Below are positions 49,682-57,741 of a stretch of DNA of 64,000 bases, in pieces. Origin of the DNA: a virus (taxonomy: Duplodnaviria; Heunggongvirae; Uroviricota; Caudoviricetes). The stretch spans positions 27,981 to 91,980 of IMG/VR virus record IMGVR_UViG_2579778606_000002, one strand, 5' to 3'. Every line of letters begins with the position of its first letter. Position 1 is the stretch's first letter. The position numbers were made by a program, and so were the translations under genes. The notes beneath the pieces are model-generated. The model saw only the letters and a program-made list of their open reading frames with translations, ran no database searches and was not told where the DNA came from.

Positions 49682-50003
49682 TTTCTATCTCCGGTGCCGA
49701 GCCAGCGTAATCGCGAATCTTGTTTCTTAGCCATGCTGCGTCAGGAAGAGTTAACGTTGTCCCTACCGGCATTTCTTCCATTTCTGACTCATGGCCCACC
49801 AGCACGCGAAATACCCAGCGCAAATCAGCGTTGCCATAGGCGCGATAGGCCGCCAGGTCTGAGCGATAAACCTCATCAATTTTTATCGTGTACTGGAAAT
49901 TATCGGAGTGGTACTCCGATACCCGCTTGATCATCTCCTGATGGAATAGTGCGCGCAGCACATCGTCTTCAATGCATCGATCGTCGAGCCTGCTGTAACT
50001 CAT
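49674..50003 (-). CDS. Hypothetical protein
   Basis: 109-aa ORF overlapping the downstream gene by 8 nt. Confidence 0.4.
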   Translation of the reverse strand: MSYSRLDDRCIEDDVLRALFHQEMIKRVSEYHSDNFQYTIKIDEVYRSDLAAYRAYGNADLRWVFRVLVGHESEMEEMPVGTTLTLPDAAWLRNKIRDYAGSAPEIENA

Positions 50004-50334
50004 AACAGTTCCTCACAGTCATAACCTGGGGGGAACTGTATGCAGGGTGTGAAATGCGAGAAACAGACAGTCCACCAGTTCAGGGGGATGTGGTTCATAA
50101 ATCCCCTCACTGGTGACAAGTGACTTTCATTAATCTTTATGCGGGGGCCAGCTTCATTGTTTGCTGGCTGTAGATTAAAAATTAAATAGTGTGAATGACA
50201 TGGACGTTATTCTCGAATTGTTAAAGCTAATTGTTCTGTTTATGAACGCCTCGTTGACCACGCAAATACTGGCGTTAGTATTTTTGTTACTCTTCTACCT
50301 GGTATTAAGGGAGTTAACTAAGCTACTGAGTTGA

Positions 50335-50988
50335 TTAAAGTATCACCGTATCTTCATCAATTACTTGCCCGGCCAGCGATTTTGGTTGGGTATTTCCTGC
50401 TTTAGCTTTTTGATCGCTGATAATGGACAGGAACGAGGCCATTATCCCTGCTTTGTTTTCTTTCTCTACCGCTCCTGTCATTTGTTTCAGGTAATCCGCG
50501 CTGGCAACATTGTGGTATACCGTTGCATAGCAGCACAGAATCATCAGGATGTGCTCTGGTCGGATATCTTGCCAGTTAACTCGATAAACCTCTTCACCGT
50601 TGCCGTTGTATTCGGTATCGACGATAGAGTCGGGGATCTCAAATGCCCCTTTGTTCTTGTCAGGCAGGGATAGCAGCCTTTGTAGTTTCAGCTCCCGGTA
50701 TCTCTCCATGCCGACAATGATCGCTGCTCTGCCGTCGGCGTGCCGTGTTTTTAATGTTACCTGGCTGGCACCTGTACCGGCTGAAATGGTTGGCGTGATT
50801 TCGTCAACCAGCACCTTAAATTCACTTTTACGCAGCTCGGCAATTGCTGGTGGAATTTTTCGTTTTTGTTCAATAGCAGATGCAGGGAGCGGCTTTACTT
50901 TGTCAATTACAAGCGCGCCGTCTTTCAGGACTGCCGTAGCCATCAGCGGCTTGTTAGTAGAAAGACTGAATATTGCGATCTTTTGCAT
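50335..50988 (-). CDS. Hypothetical protein
   Basis: 217-aa ORF with GGAG RBS immediately downstream of a strong hairpin. Confidence 0.45.
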   Translation of the reverse strand: MQKIAIFSLSTNKPLMATAVLKDGALVIDKVKPLPASAIEQKRKIPPAIAELRKSEFKVLVDEITPTISAGTGASQVTLKTRHADGRAAIIVGMERYRELKLQRLLSLPDKNKGAFEIPDSIVDTEYNGNGEEVYRVNWQDIRPEHILMILCCYATVYHNVASADYLKQMTGAVEKENKAGIMASFLSIISDQKAKAGNTQPKSLAGQVIDEDTVIL

Positions 50989-51013
50989 GGCTTTTACTCC
51001 ACGATAGCAGGCA

Positions 51014-51039
51014 CAAAAAAAGGCCGCACATGGCGGCCT
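51014..51039 (-). terminator. Rho-independent terminator (A7 + GGCCGC..GCGGCC hairpin on plus = hairpin + U7 on minus)
   Basis: Seen directly; sits between the low-GC plus-strand cargo genes and the RBS of gene 50988. Confidence 0.5.
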
Positions 51040-51253
51040 GCTTTGGCGTTATGACTCCCTACCGCGCATCGGCTGAAAGTTAGTCGTCAAAAGAACCTTC
51101 AACGGGAGCCGTTTGCGCAATGGATTTTGTCCAGATTGTGATTTCCAGAATAGTGTCAACAATTTTTTTGATTTTTTTATTCGCGCTGAATTTGGCCTAA
51201 GTCATTTTGGCGTAGACGTTTGTTTTTGTAACATAAAACTTCAGTTTGTTTAC

Positions 51254-51883
51254 ATGAAGGATGGTTTTGTGAAGTTAAGGGTTTTGGGAGCAGTGCTCGC
51301 GGTTATATTGGGGGGAGTTTCTCTTAATGCTGCCTATGCAGGCGCGTTACCTGCAAAGTATGAGGCTGGGCTGAAGGTGTTACGAAACGCCAAAACAAAC
51401 TATACGCCTGATGAAGTTTCAAACTATTGCCAGAAAGAAAATATCCCACTGAAGCCTGTAGAGCCATTCTTTAAAAGCAACATTGAGTTCTGTGTATTTG
51501 CGTATGCAGCAGATGAAACAGGAAAGGCCATACAAAAGACAGGGTATTCCACCAAAGACACAATGTCAGTGTTAAGTAACGGCGTGTTGCAGTTTGAGCT
51601 TTATCGTCAGCAAGGAATGGGAGATCTATTGCAGCCTTTGTATGTGCTGGCTTGGGTGCCTGAAGGGCAGCAGTTTCTTATCCGGAAAGGGATGCTTCGG
51701 CAAAGTGATGTGGCAGGATTCAATAACATGATGGAACTTGAACGATCCGCGAAGCAAAAACCAGCACCTAAGCAACCTACAGCGGAATGCATTGGTAGTG
51801 AGATCCAAAAGATATTAAGTGAGCAGCCTTACATTGATCGTGGGGTAGCCGAAGTCGCTGCAAAAATGAAATGTACTAATTAA
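51254..51883 (+). CDS. Secreted/periplasmic hypothetical protein (signal peptide)
   Basis: MKDGFVKLRVLGAVLAVILGGVSLNAAYA signal peptide; several Cys; low-GC gene. Confidence 0.5.
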   Translation: MKDGFVKLRVLGAVLAVILGGVSLNAAYAGALPAKYEAGLKVLRNAKTNYTPDEVSNYCQKENIPLKPVEPFFKSNIEFCVFAYAADETGKAIQKTGYSTKDTMSVLSNGVLQFELYRQQGMGDLLQPLYVLAWVPEGQQFLIRKGMLRQSDVAGFNNMMELERSAKQKPAPKQPTAECIGSEIQKILSEQPYIDRGVAEVAAKMKCTN

Positions 51884-51926
51884 AGTCAAATAGAATAACA
51901 AAATGGTAAAGTCTGGAGTTTGTGAA

Positions 51927-52748
51927 ATGTTTTTAAAGAAATGCGGAAACATATTTTGTTCAACAGCGTTTACTGCTGTTATTGCTCTTTCGGTTCCCAG
52001 CATATCTTTTGCTGAAGATTTTAGCAAAATTGACTGTAACGCCACAAAAACAAGGCAGATGTTGATCGATGATTATAACGAACTTTTAAAAGATGAACCG
52101 GAAAAAGTAACAGTAATTGATGCTTACGATCAGATTAATGAAATAAGCGAAAAAAATAAACTCCAATGCCTAGGAACGTATGAGTTCTCTGATGGAAGCA
52201 CGCTTAGAGTTAGGTATAATTTATACCTAAACAGCCTAGGTACACCTATATATAAATTTGTCCCAGTTGAGGATTTAACGCAATATGACGTAAGCGCATC
52301 TATTCATAATGCTCCTGCAACCATTACGAGTGCGCCTGAAAATAATGGAGAAACATACGCCTGTAAGGTCGCTGTAACCTACAATGGAAAACGCTCAAAC
52401 TACATGGGGGATTCTGGTACATGGGACCGTGTGATTACTGATTATGGATCTTACTTCTCATGGGATTTGCCACGCGGAAACAGAGGTAACAGCACTGGGC
52501 AGGATGCTTTTAGTGGTATAGACGTATCAAAGCCTGTATTAGAAAATCAGTTGGTGAGAAAGGAAGTCGAAAAAGATGGTAGTGTGGTTGATGAGTTTAG
52601 GACTGAAGTAAGCTATGGTGAGAGACAATCAGCACATAAGTTTGTATATGCCCGTAGAATAAAACCTACAGGGACGAGAGAATATTATGTCACAGATCTG
52701 ACTGATAAACGGGCATTTATGTTTCTGAATTGTCAGCAAGATTCGTAG
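51927..52748 (+). CDS. Secreted hypothetical protein (signal peptide)
   Basis: MFLKKCGNIFCSTAFTAVIALSVPSISFA signal peptide; AT-rich coding region. Confidence 0.5.
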   Translation: MFLKKCGNIFCSTAFTAVIALSVPSISFAEDFSKIDCNATKTRQMLIDDYNELLKDEPEKVTVIDAYDQINEISEKNKLQCLGTYEFSDGSTLRVRYNLYLNSLGTPIYKFVPVEDLTQYDVSASIHNAPATITSAPENNGETYACKVAVTYNGKRSNYMGDSGTWDRVITDYGSYFSWDLPRGNRGNSTGQDAFSGIDVSKPVLENQLVRKEVEKDGSVVDEFRTEVSYGERQSAHKFVYARRIKPTGTREYYVTDLTDKRAFMFLNCQQDS

Positions 52749-52787
52749 TTGATATAGCAGGCTTAAAGATTAAGCCTGCTATTTGTT

Positions 52788-53144
52788 TTACTCGGTAATT
52801 GTTTTGCAGTTGTTTTTATTTAAGGCCAACCCAAGTTTACTTGAGGCTAACTCATTTTCTGTGTGAGTGCCAGCAAATACAAAGCCTTGTTTTATCTTGT
52901 TTATGGTGAAATATTTGTTGTACATGAAAGCCCAAATAAAAGAGGCGATCCAGGGGCCAATTCCGGCAGTGAGGAATGCCAGTATCAGCATCACCAAGAA
53001 CACCCCAATGAAGGTTATAAAGTCTTTCCTGAACAAAGCAGGAAAAGCACCAAACAAGAATGTAGTCCAAGAAAAACCATAAAAACCGGTTATTGACTCG
53101 CCAGTTTGAGGATTTTCAAGTTTAATTTTAGTAGCCAAAACCAT
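52788..53144 (-). CDS. Small inner-membrane protein (two predicted TM helices)
   Basis: 118-aa ORF with hydrophobic helices FLFGAFPALF / FIGVFLVMLILAFLTAGIGPWIASFIWAF. Confidence 0.45.
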   Translation of the reverse strand: MVLATKIKLENPQTGESITGFYGFSWTTFLFGAFPALFRKDFITFIGVFLVMLILAFLTAGIGPWIASFIWAFMYNKYFTINKIKQGFVFAGTHTENELASSKLGLALNKNNCKTITE

Positions 53145-53269
53145 TCATCCTTTAACATAAAAAACAAATACTTATAAAGCTGTGTGAGTCTGCAATACTA
53201 CTAATTTACACTTTGTAATGCAATGAGTTGATGTATGTCTTGTGACGCTGTTATTCATATCTGTAGGAG

Positions 53270-53608
53270 TTAAGATTTTTCGGTAATGGTGATTTCATCT
53301 CCTAGCCGATAGCGGCGGGGAACGGAACTCTCCATCAGGTCACGAATTGCTCCCGCCTCACGCAGTTCCTCTGTCTCCCAGTATCTGTTTGTCACCAGGT
53401 CAAGGCTGGCAATGACTTTATGCCGGTCATTCGGCATTGCTTCTTTTTCAGCCATTATCATCAGTGAGAACTCTTCATCCAGTAGAATTTGATACCAGAC
53501 TTTTGACAGTTCCAACTCTCTAATGAGGGTGAAGCGCCGCTCAATTGTGGCAGCAGAATAAGTGAAATCTATTTTTTTGGTGGCATACATTTTGCTGTGT
53601 CCGGTCAC
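53270..53608 (-). CDS. Hypothetical cytoplasmic protein downstream of Rha copy 2
   Basis: 112-aa ORF starting right after the post-Rha hairpin; true start possibly at MYATKK. Confidence 0.4.
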   Translation of the reverse strand: MTGHSKMYATKKIDFTYSAATIERRFTLIRELELSKVWYQILLDEEFSLMIMAEKEAMPNDRHKVIASLDLVTNRYWETEELREAGAIRDLMESSVPRRYRLGDEITITEKS

Positions 53609-53620
53609 TTAGTAGTTAAA

Positions 53621-53639
53621 GCCCCGGCATGACCGGGGC
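53621..53639. other. Conserved GC hairpin after Rha gene (GCCCCGG-catga-CCGGGGC)
   Basis: Same stem as hairpin 825-843 after Rha copy 1, but without a clear U-tract here. Confidence 0.4.
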
Positions 53640-53647
53640 AAAAGCTA

Positions 53648-54589
53648 TTAACTAACAATCCAGTCGGTTGCTGCTATATCTTCTGGCTGCAAATCAATCG
53701 CACAGATCTTACCGTCGCGAATGGTGCGCCAGTTTTTCCGTGAGCCTCTTTCGGGCCATACCCAGACACTTTCAGGCCAGGATGCTCGACGGCATACGGT
53801 TGCATACCCTGTTTTAATCTTCTCTCTGGCGGTATGCAACGACAGGTTTGCCTTTGGGCTATCAGGCACAGGGTGGTGAATGGCCTGAAACAGCCCCATC
53901 CTGGGGTGATACCAGCGTTTGTTGCGTGGTTCTGCCTCCGACATCACCTGCTTAAAGGCTTTCCGGAAGGGGGCCAGGGCCACAATTGAGCGTCGCGCAA
54001 GCAAACCGTCGGGAGTCAAAAACTCATGCGTATCAGTGGGTATCCGGTAAGCGTTAACCAGGTTGCGACATTTGGCTTCAGTCAGGCCACATTTCGCCGC
54101 CAGCTGGCGGTAGCCAATGTAGCCTTCCGGAATATTGCCTTTCTTTATTTGCTCGAGTGTTTCAGCGACCATCGATACTTGTGCTGATACCTCGGCTACC
54201 TGGGCATTTACGGCGTTGATCCGGCGTTCATGCTCAAGATGCATTTGCGCCATTTCAGCCAGGATTTCGGCTTTTGATTTTAACTGTACCCGGGCATTCT
54301 CCAGTTCGCGCCAGCGGTCCACCAGCCGGGCGGTGAATTCCGGAGAGAGCTGCGCGACGACAATGATGCTGTCTCGTTTTCCTTGTTCGCCTTCAAATAT
54401 GTAAGCCTTGGAAAATCGACGAGGGCCAACTGATTGTTTATTTTCAATTTCCACAGATTGTGGAAATTGGATCACACTCTTTTTAGCCAGTGTTTCGATA
54501 GTTCTCTTCACACTATCTTGGCGACTTCCTACCAGTTCCGCGATCTCAATGCTGGTCATTGTCGCTTTTTGAGAGATGGACAGATTCAT
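53648..54589 (-). CDS. Rha-family phage regulatory protein (antirepressor-like), intact paralog
   Basis: 313-aa ORF; N-terminal Phage_pRha-type segment nearly identical to copy 1. Confidence 0.7.
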   Translation of the reverse strand: MNLSISQKATMTSIEIAELVGSRQDSVKRTIETLAKKSVIQFPQSVEIENKQSVGPRRFSKAYIFEGEQGKRDSIIVVAQLSPEFTARLVDRWRELENARVQLKSKAEILAEMAQMHLEHERRINAVNAQVAEVSAQVSMVAETLEQIKKGNIPEGYIGYRQLAAKCGLTEAKCRNLVNAYRIPTDTHEFLTPDGLLARRSIVALAPFRKAFKQVMSEAEPRNKRWYHPRMGLFQAIHHPVPDSPKANLSLHTAREKIKTGYATVCRRASWPESVWVWPERGSRKNWRTIRDGKICAIDLQPEDIAATDWIVS

Positions 54590-54804
54590 CAGTGCACCTC
54601 CACGCAGTTCATTGGCAGATTCCAGTAATTGAGGATCTCCATCGCATCAAGAGTGAAGCGTGCGGCAAAAATGCAGGGTTCTTCAGGAAGGTATGAACGA
54701 GCTTCTGCTTCGGTTGCAGCCATGACGCAGATATACAGGTGTTTTTGGCAGGAATAGAAACGCCAGATAAATTCAGAATGAGTTGGGGTAGGGATAGTAG
54801 CCAT
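54589..54804 (-). CDS. icd: Icd-like small protein, copy 2
   Basis: 71-aa ORF with GGAGG RBS; 1-nt stop/start overlap with Rha gene; EFIWRF and EAEARS motifs shared with copy 1. Confidence 0.45.
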   Translation of the reverse strand: MATIPTPTHSEFIWRFYSCQKHLYICVMAATEAEARSYLPEEPCIFAARFTLDAMEILNYWNLPMNCVEVH

Positions 54805-54839
54805 ATTGGCAGCCTCCTTTTGCTAATTTAAGGAGCTAC

Positions 54840-55050
54840 CGCGTGAGGTTCCAATCTCAATGGCGGTAGCACTGACTGGGTTGGAACTACCGGCGCAAAA
54901 GGGAACCGGCCTGCCTTTCGGCAGCCCAGCCAGCACTACCATTGATCTCTGAGCTAAACGCTACGTATGGCTGTGCGATGGCATGACACAAGAAAAGACG
55001 CTTTCGGCGTCTGTGTCGCCTTTTGCATTATCCGGGGTTCCAATCCCGGC
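54840..55050 (-). ncRNA. Candidate c4-like antisense RNA / control region of icd-rha copy 2
   Basis: Direct boxes GGTTCCAATC at 54847 and 55036 with inverted copy GGTTGGAAC at 54879, about 45 nt upstream of icd start. Confidence 0.25.
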
Positions 55051-55117
55051 ACCCGTTTTTCTAAGGTGCCGTAGAAATATACCCCACGATAATGCCAGGG
55101 CGCAACTGTGTGTTTTC

Positions 55118-55285
55118 TTATGCTTTTCTTTTCTTCTTTTGGGCTTGCTTGCAAGCGTAGGCCATTGCTTTAGCTTTCACTTCATCCAGCTTCCCGGTGA
55201 TCACTTCTTTTCCAAGAGTGACAAACCAATCATAGCAACCGCCAGTGATGTTCTGGATTTGAAAGTTGAGGTAGCGAACGGTCAT
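55118..55285 (-). CDS. Small basic hypothetical protein (55 aa), not in ORF track
   Basis: ATG at 55283-55285 preceded by GGGGGTG RBS; encodes MTVRYLNFQIQNITGGCYDWFVTLGKEVITGKLDEVKAKAMAYACKQAQKKKRKA. Confidence 0.35.
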   Translation of the reverse strand: MTVRYLNFQIQNITGGCYDWFVTLGKEVITGKLDEVKAKAMAYACKQAQKKKRKA

Positions 55286-55605
55286 TTTGACACCCCCAGC
55301 GCGAGTAAAGAATGCAGATTATCGCGTGAGTGGCGGACAACGAGTGATGGGAAAAGACAGTAGCTGTTCATAGTGTAGTGACTCCTTGCTTTCGGAGCCG
55401 CCATCGACTGTTCCACGGTCTGGTGGCGGCGCAATAAAGGCTGGAACACCGTGAGTCAACGGGGGCTTTTCAGCCACCTATATTGCACCGCCATTGGTAT
55501 GGCGGCGGCAATCATACGAAAAACCAAACGGTTTGTCTCAAAAAGTTGACCGGTGTACCAATCGGTTGTGAATGTACAACGGTGAATTTCACAATTCAAC
55601 TTAAA

Positions 55606-55637
55606 ATGTTAGAAAACTAATTTATTAATTCAGTCAC
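55606..55637. promoter_or_regulatory. Operator-like half-site ATGTTAGAAAA with degenerate partner
   Basis: Overlaps the ref stop codon; upstream of the small ORF and icd-rha copy 2. Confidence 0.35.
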
Positions 55638-56192
55638 CATCTGATACAACGTCATTTCATCAGCATTGTGCCGCCTGAAATCTGCTTTGCCGCCTATTTT
55701 TCCATCAGCATGAACAGGGACCAACCAGGGGTATTGCTCGCGTATCTCTGCTGGCGCTGCGTGTTGATGGTGCCATTTACACAAAGGGAGAACGTATTTA
55801 TGCGCGTTCTCTGCCGTTCTCCCGAAGATGTGGTGCAGGGATACCACAGGGCTATGCTGTCCGTGCATATGGCAGGCAATGCAGGGGAGAGCACCGATGG
55901 TAGTTTGTATCCGGCGCTCATCTGCTGTGAGTGTTCTGCCTTTCAGGCCGCGTGACGCGCGAGTTTTTTTGACAGGAGCAGAAGCGGCCTTCTCTTTTCT
56001 TCGCTGTTCATATTGCTTCGCTTTTTCAATTTTCTTTTGCCGATATTCAGGCGATGCGGCTTTTTCTCGCGCACGCTGCTGCTGGCGTTGAGCTTGCTGA
56101 AGACGCTTTGCCCTTTGTTCCTCCCGCCATTTCGGATCAGCCAGTTTTTTCAGGGCTTTTTGCGTCTGTTTCTCCCAATAGCTTTGCTTCAT
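55617..56192 (-). CDS. ref: Ref-like recombination-enhancement nuclease (HNH-type core, basic N-terminus)
   Basis: Lys/Arg/Gln-rich N-terminus then LPCIACHMHGQH..HHIFGRTAENAHKYVLPLCKWHH; ATG at 56192 (track start is upstream TTG). Confidence 0.55.
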   Translation of the reverse strand: MKQSYWEKQTQKALKKLADPKWREEQRAKRLQQAQRQQQRAREKAASPEYRQKKIEKAKQYEQRRKEKAASAPVKKTRASRGLKGRTLTADERRIQTTIGALPCIACHMHGQHSPVVSLHHIFGRTAENAHKYVLPLCKWHHQHAAPAEIREQYPWLVPVHADGKIGGKADFRRHNADEMTLYQMVTELIN

Positions 56193-56236
56193 AGAAATAC
56201 CCGGTTTGTCTACATCACCGCTATGGTTGATCAAAT

Positions 56237-56268
56237 GTGTTAGAAAATCAAAATTGATTTTCTAACAC
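56237..56268. promoter_or_regulatory. Near-perfect 32-bp palindrome GTGTTAGAAAATCAA-AA-TTGATTTTCTAACAC (operator candidate)
   Basis: 15-bp arms fully complementary; between divergent ref and the early operon. Confidence 0.6.
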
Positions 56269-56308
56269 AAAATGAAGATACTTTTTTCGGACGCTATATC
56301 AGGAGGTC

Positions 56309-56464
56309 ATGATGCTTGTCGCAATAAGTGCAATCCACCAGCAATCCGGTACAGAAATTGGGTTGCTATATGCCCTGTTTTTCACTGTCCTGGCGTTGTT
56401 TGAGCTGGGTATTGAACTCTTTGCTCTCATTAACTTTTGCGTAACGTTCCTGGGGAAACTTTGA
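56309..56464 (+). CDS. Small hydrophobic membrane peptide (51 aa), not in ORF track
   Basis: AGGAGG RBS then ATG at 56309; MMLVAISAIHQQSGTEIGLLYALFFTVLALFELGIELFALINFCVTFLGKL; stop overlaps next ATG (TGATG). Confidence 0.4.
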   Translation: MMLVAISAIHQQSGTEIGLLYALFFTVLALFELGIELFALINFCVTFLGKL

Positions 56465-57075
56465 TGGCTATACGCATTATGAAAATTTACATCGCGGGTC
56501 CGATGACTGGTTATCCCGACTACAACCGCACAGCGTTTTTTTCGAAAGCAAAAGAGCTGATGGAGGCAGGGCATATTGTTCTGAATCCGGCGCTGTTACC
56601 TGCTGGCCTCTGCCAGAGCGAATACATGGATATTTGCCTTGCTATGGTGCGTTCGGCTAATGCGGTCTATTTGCTCAAGGGGTGGGAGGAATCAGTTGGC
56701 GCTCGTGCAGAGCACGAGCTGGCTCAAAAGCTGGGGCTGAATGTAATTTATGAGTCACCAACCAACATTGAATGCCAGGTTGCTCCGCATATTTACCGGG
56801 AACTGGTCAATGCACTGCGTGATATCGCTGCTGTATATCACGGCACAGAACAGCTTCGTGAGCGTTTAGCCCATACCATTTCCTATTACCTGTCTTTATC
56901 TCATGAGCACAAGCTCCGCCAGAAGGTAATGATCAAATTTATCATGAGGTTATCGAAATCCCTGGCAAACGCCGATCCAAAGAATCCATTACCGAAAGAG
57001 GCAATGAATTACCTGAAGTCCTGCAACGTTGTTTCTGAAGATGGCGTTCTTTTGGTTAGAAGGAGTTCTGCGTGA
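56464..57075 (+). CDS. DUF4406-like (nucleoside 2-deoxyribosyltransferase-like) protein
   Basis: MKIYIAGPMTGYPDYNRTAFF..GHIVLNP motif; track ORF starts at upstream TTG 56437. Confidence 0.6.
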   Translation: MAIRIMKIYIAGPMTGYPDYNRTAFFSKAKELMEAGHIVLNPALLPAGLCQSEYMDICLAMVRSANAVYLLKGWEESVGARAEHELAQKLGLNVIYESPTNIECQVAPHIYRELVNALRDIAAVYHGTEQLRERLAHTISYYLSLSHEHKLRQKVMIKFIMRLSKSLANADPKNPLPKEAMNYLKSCNVVSEDGVLLVRRSSA

Positions 57076-57389
57076 GCTGGCGGGGATGGGGAAGGGCAGA
57101 AATCATGATACTCCGCCAGTGCGCCGGGACTATGACAGTCGAGAGTATTGGGAGGCTGATCGGGCGTACCGGTAGTGCTGTCAGAACCAAAGCGCGGCAA
57201 CTGCGGATCTGCATGATTCTGAAAGGAGACTTTCACCCGTCAGCCAAATACCGGCAGGGCGATATAGAACTGGCACGGCAGCTTCATCGGTGTGGTGTTC
57301 CCCGCCGTGAGATCGCAGAAAAACTCGAAATGCCCCTGGGCATGATTAATCAGTACGTTTATTTCGAAAGGAGAGTGTATGAAGTCTGA
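57072..57389 (+). CDS. Hypothetical small protein (possible HTH)
   Basis: 105-aa ORF, GTG start with AGGAG RBS, GTGA overlap with upstream stop. Confidence 0.45.
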   Translation: MSWRGWGRAEIMILRQCAGTMTVESIGRLIGRTGSAVRTKARQLRICMILKGDFHPSAKYRQGDIELARQLHRCGVPRREIAEKLEMPLGMINQYVYFERRVYEV

Positions 57390-57741
57390 AGGTTTAACGC
57401 CCGCACAACTGGCAGAGCGTAACGCTGAATTACTCAGGATTACCCAGGAAAAAGCCTTCCACATACTCGAACGATTAGAGACGCTCTCTACGGAGGAGGA
57501 GATATCCCCGGAGATGCTGGTCGAGTGCAGCCGTGTGATATTGCGTCGCAAGAACGACATCGCGCGGCTGACATCTGGCGCACCATCCGTATCAGCCAGT
57601 CCAACGCTTTATTGCAGCTTCTGTAACAAATCCCAGCACACCGTTAAAAAGTTAATTGCCGGGGACAACGTTTTCATCTGCAACGAGTGCGTGAAAGATT
57701 GCAACAACATTATCCAGGAAGAGCAAAGGGAATCAGCATGA
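57379..57741 (+). CDS. Small protein with C-terminal ClpX-type C4 zinc-finger domain
   Basis: [39 protein letters not shown] is about 70% identical to the E. coli ClpX N-terminal zinc-binding domain. Confidence 0.7.
   Translation: MKSEGLTPAQLAERNAELLRITQEKAFHILERLETLSTEEEISPEMLVECSRVILRRKNDIARLTSGAPSVSASPTLYCSFCNKSQHTVKKLIAGDNVFICNECVKDCNNIIQEEQRESA

Noticed and set aside
53621-53639. Hairpin after Rha copy 2 as a rho-independent terminator
   Set aside because: Stem is identical to the copy 1 hairpin but has no adequate U-tract on either strand; kept only as a conserved stem-loop.
55031-55052. tRNA T-arm-like motif CCGGGGTTCCAATCCCGG
   Set aside because: Loop length is atypical, and no acceptor stem, anticodon arm or CCA-compatible 3' end could be built around it; interpreted instead as one of the repeated boxes of the candidate c4-like region.
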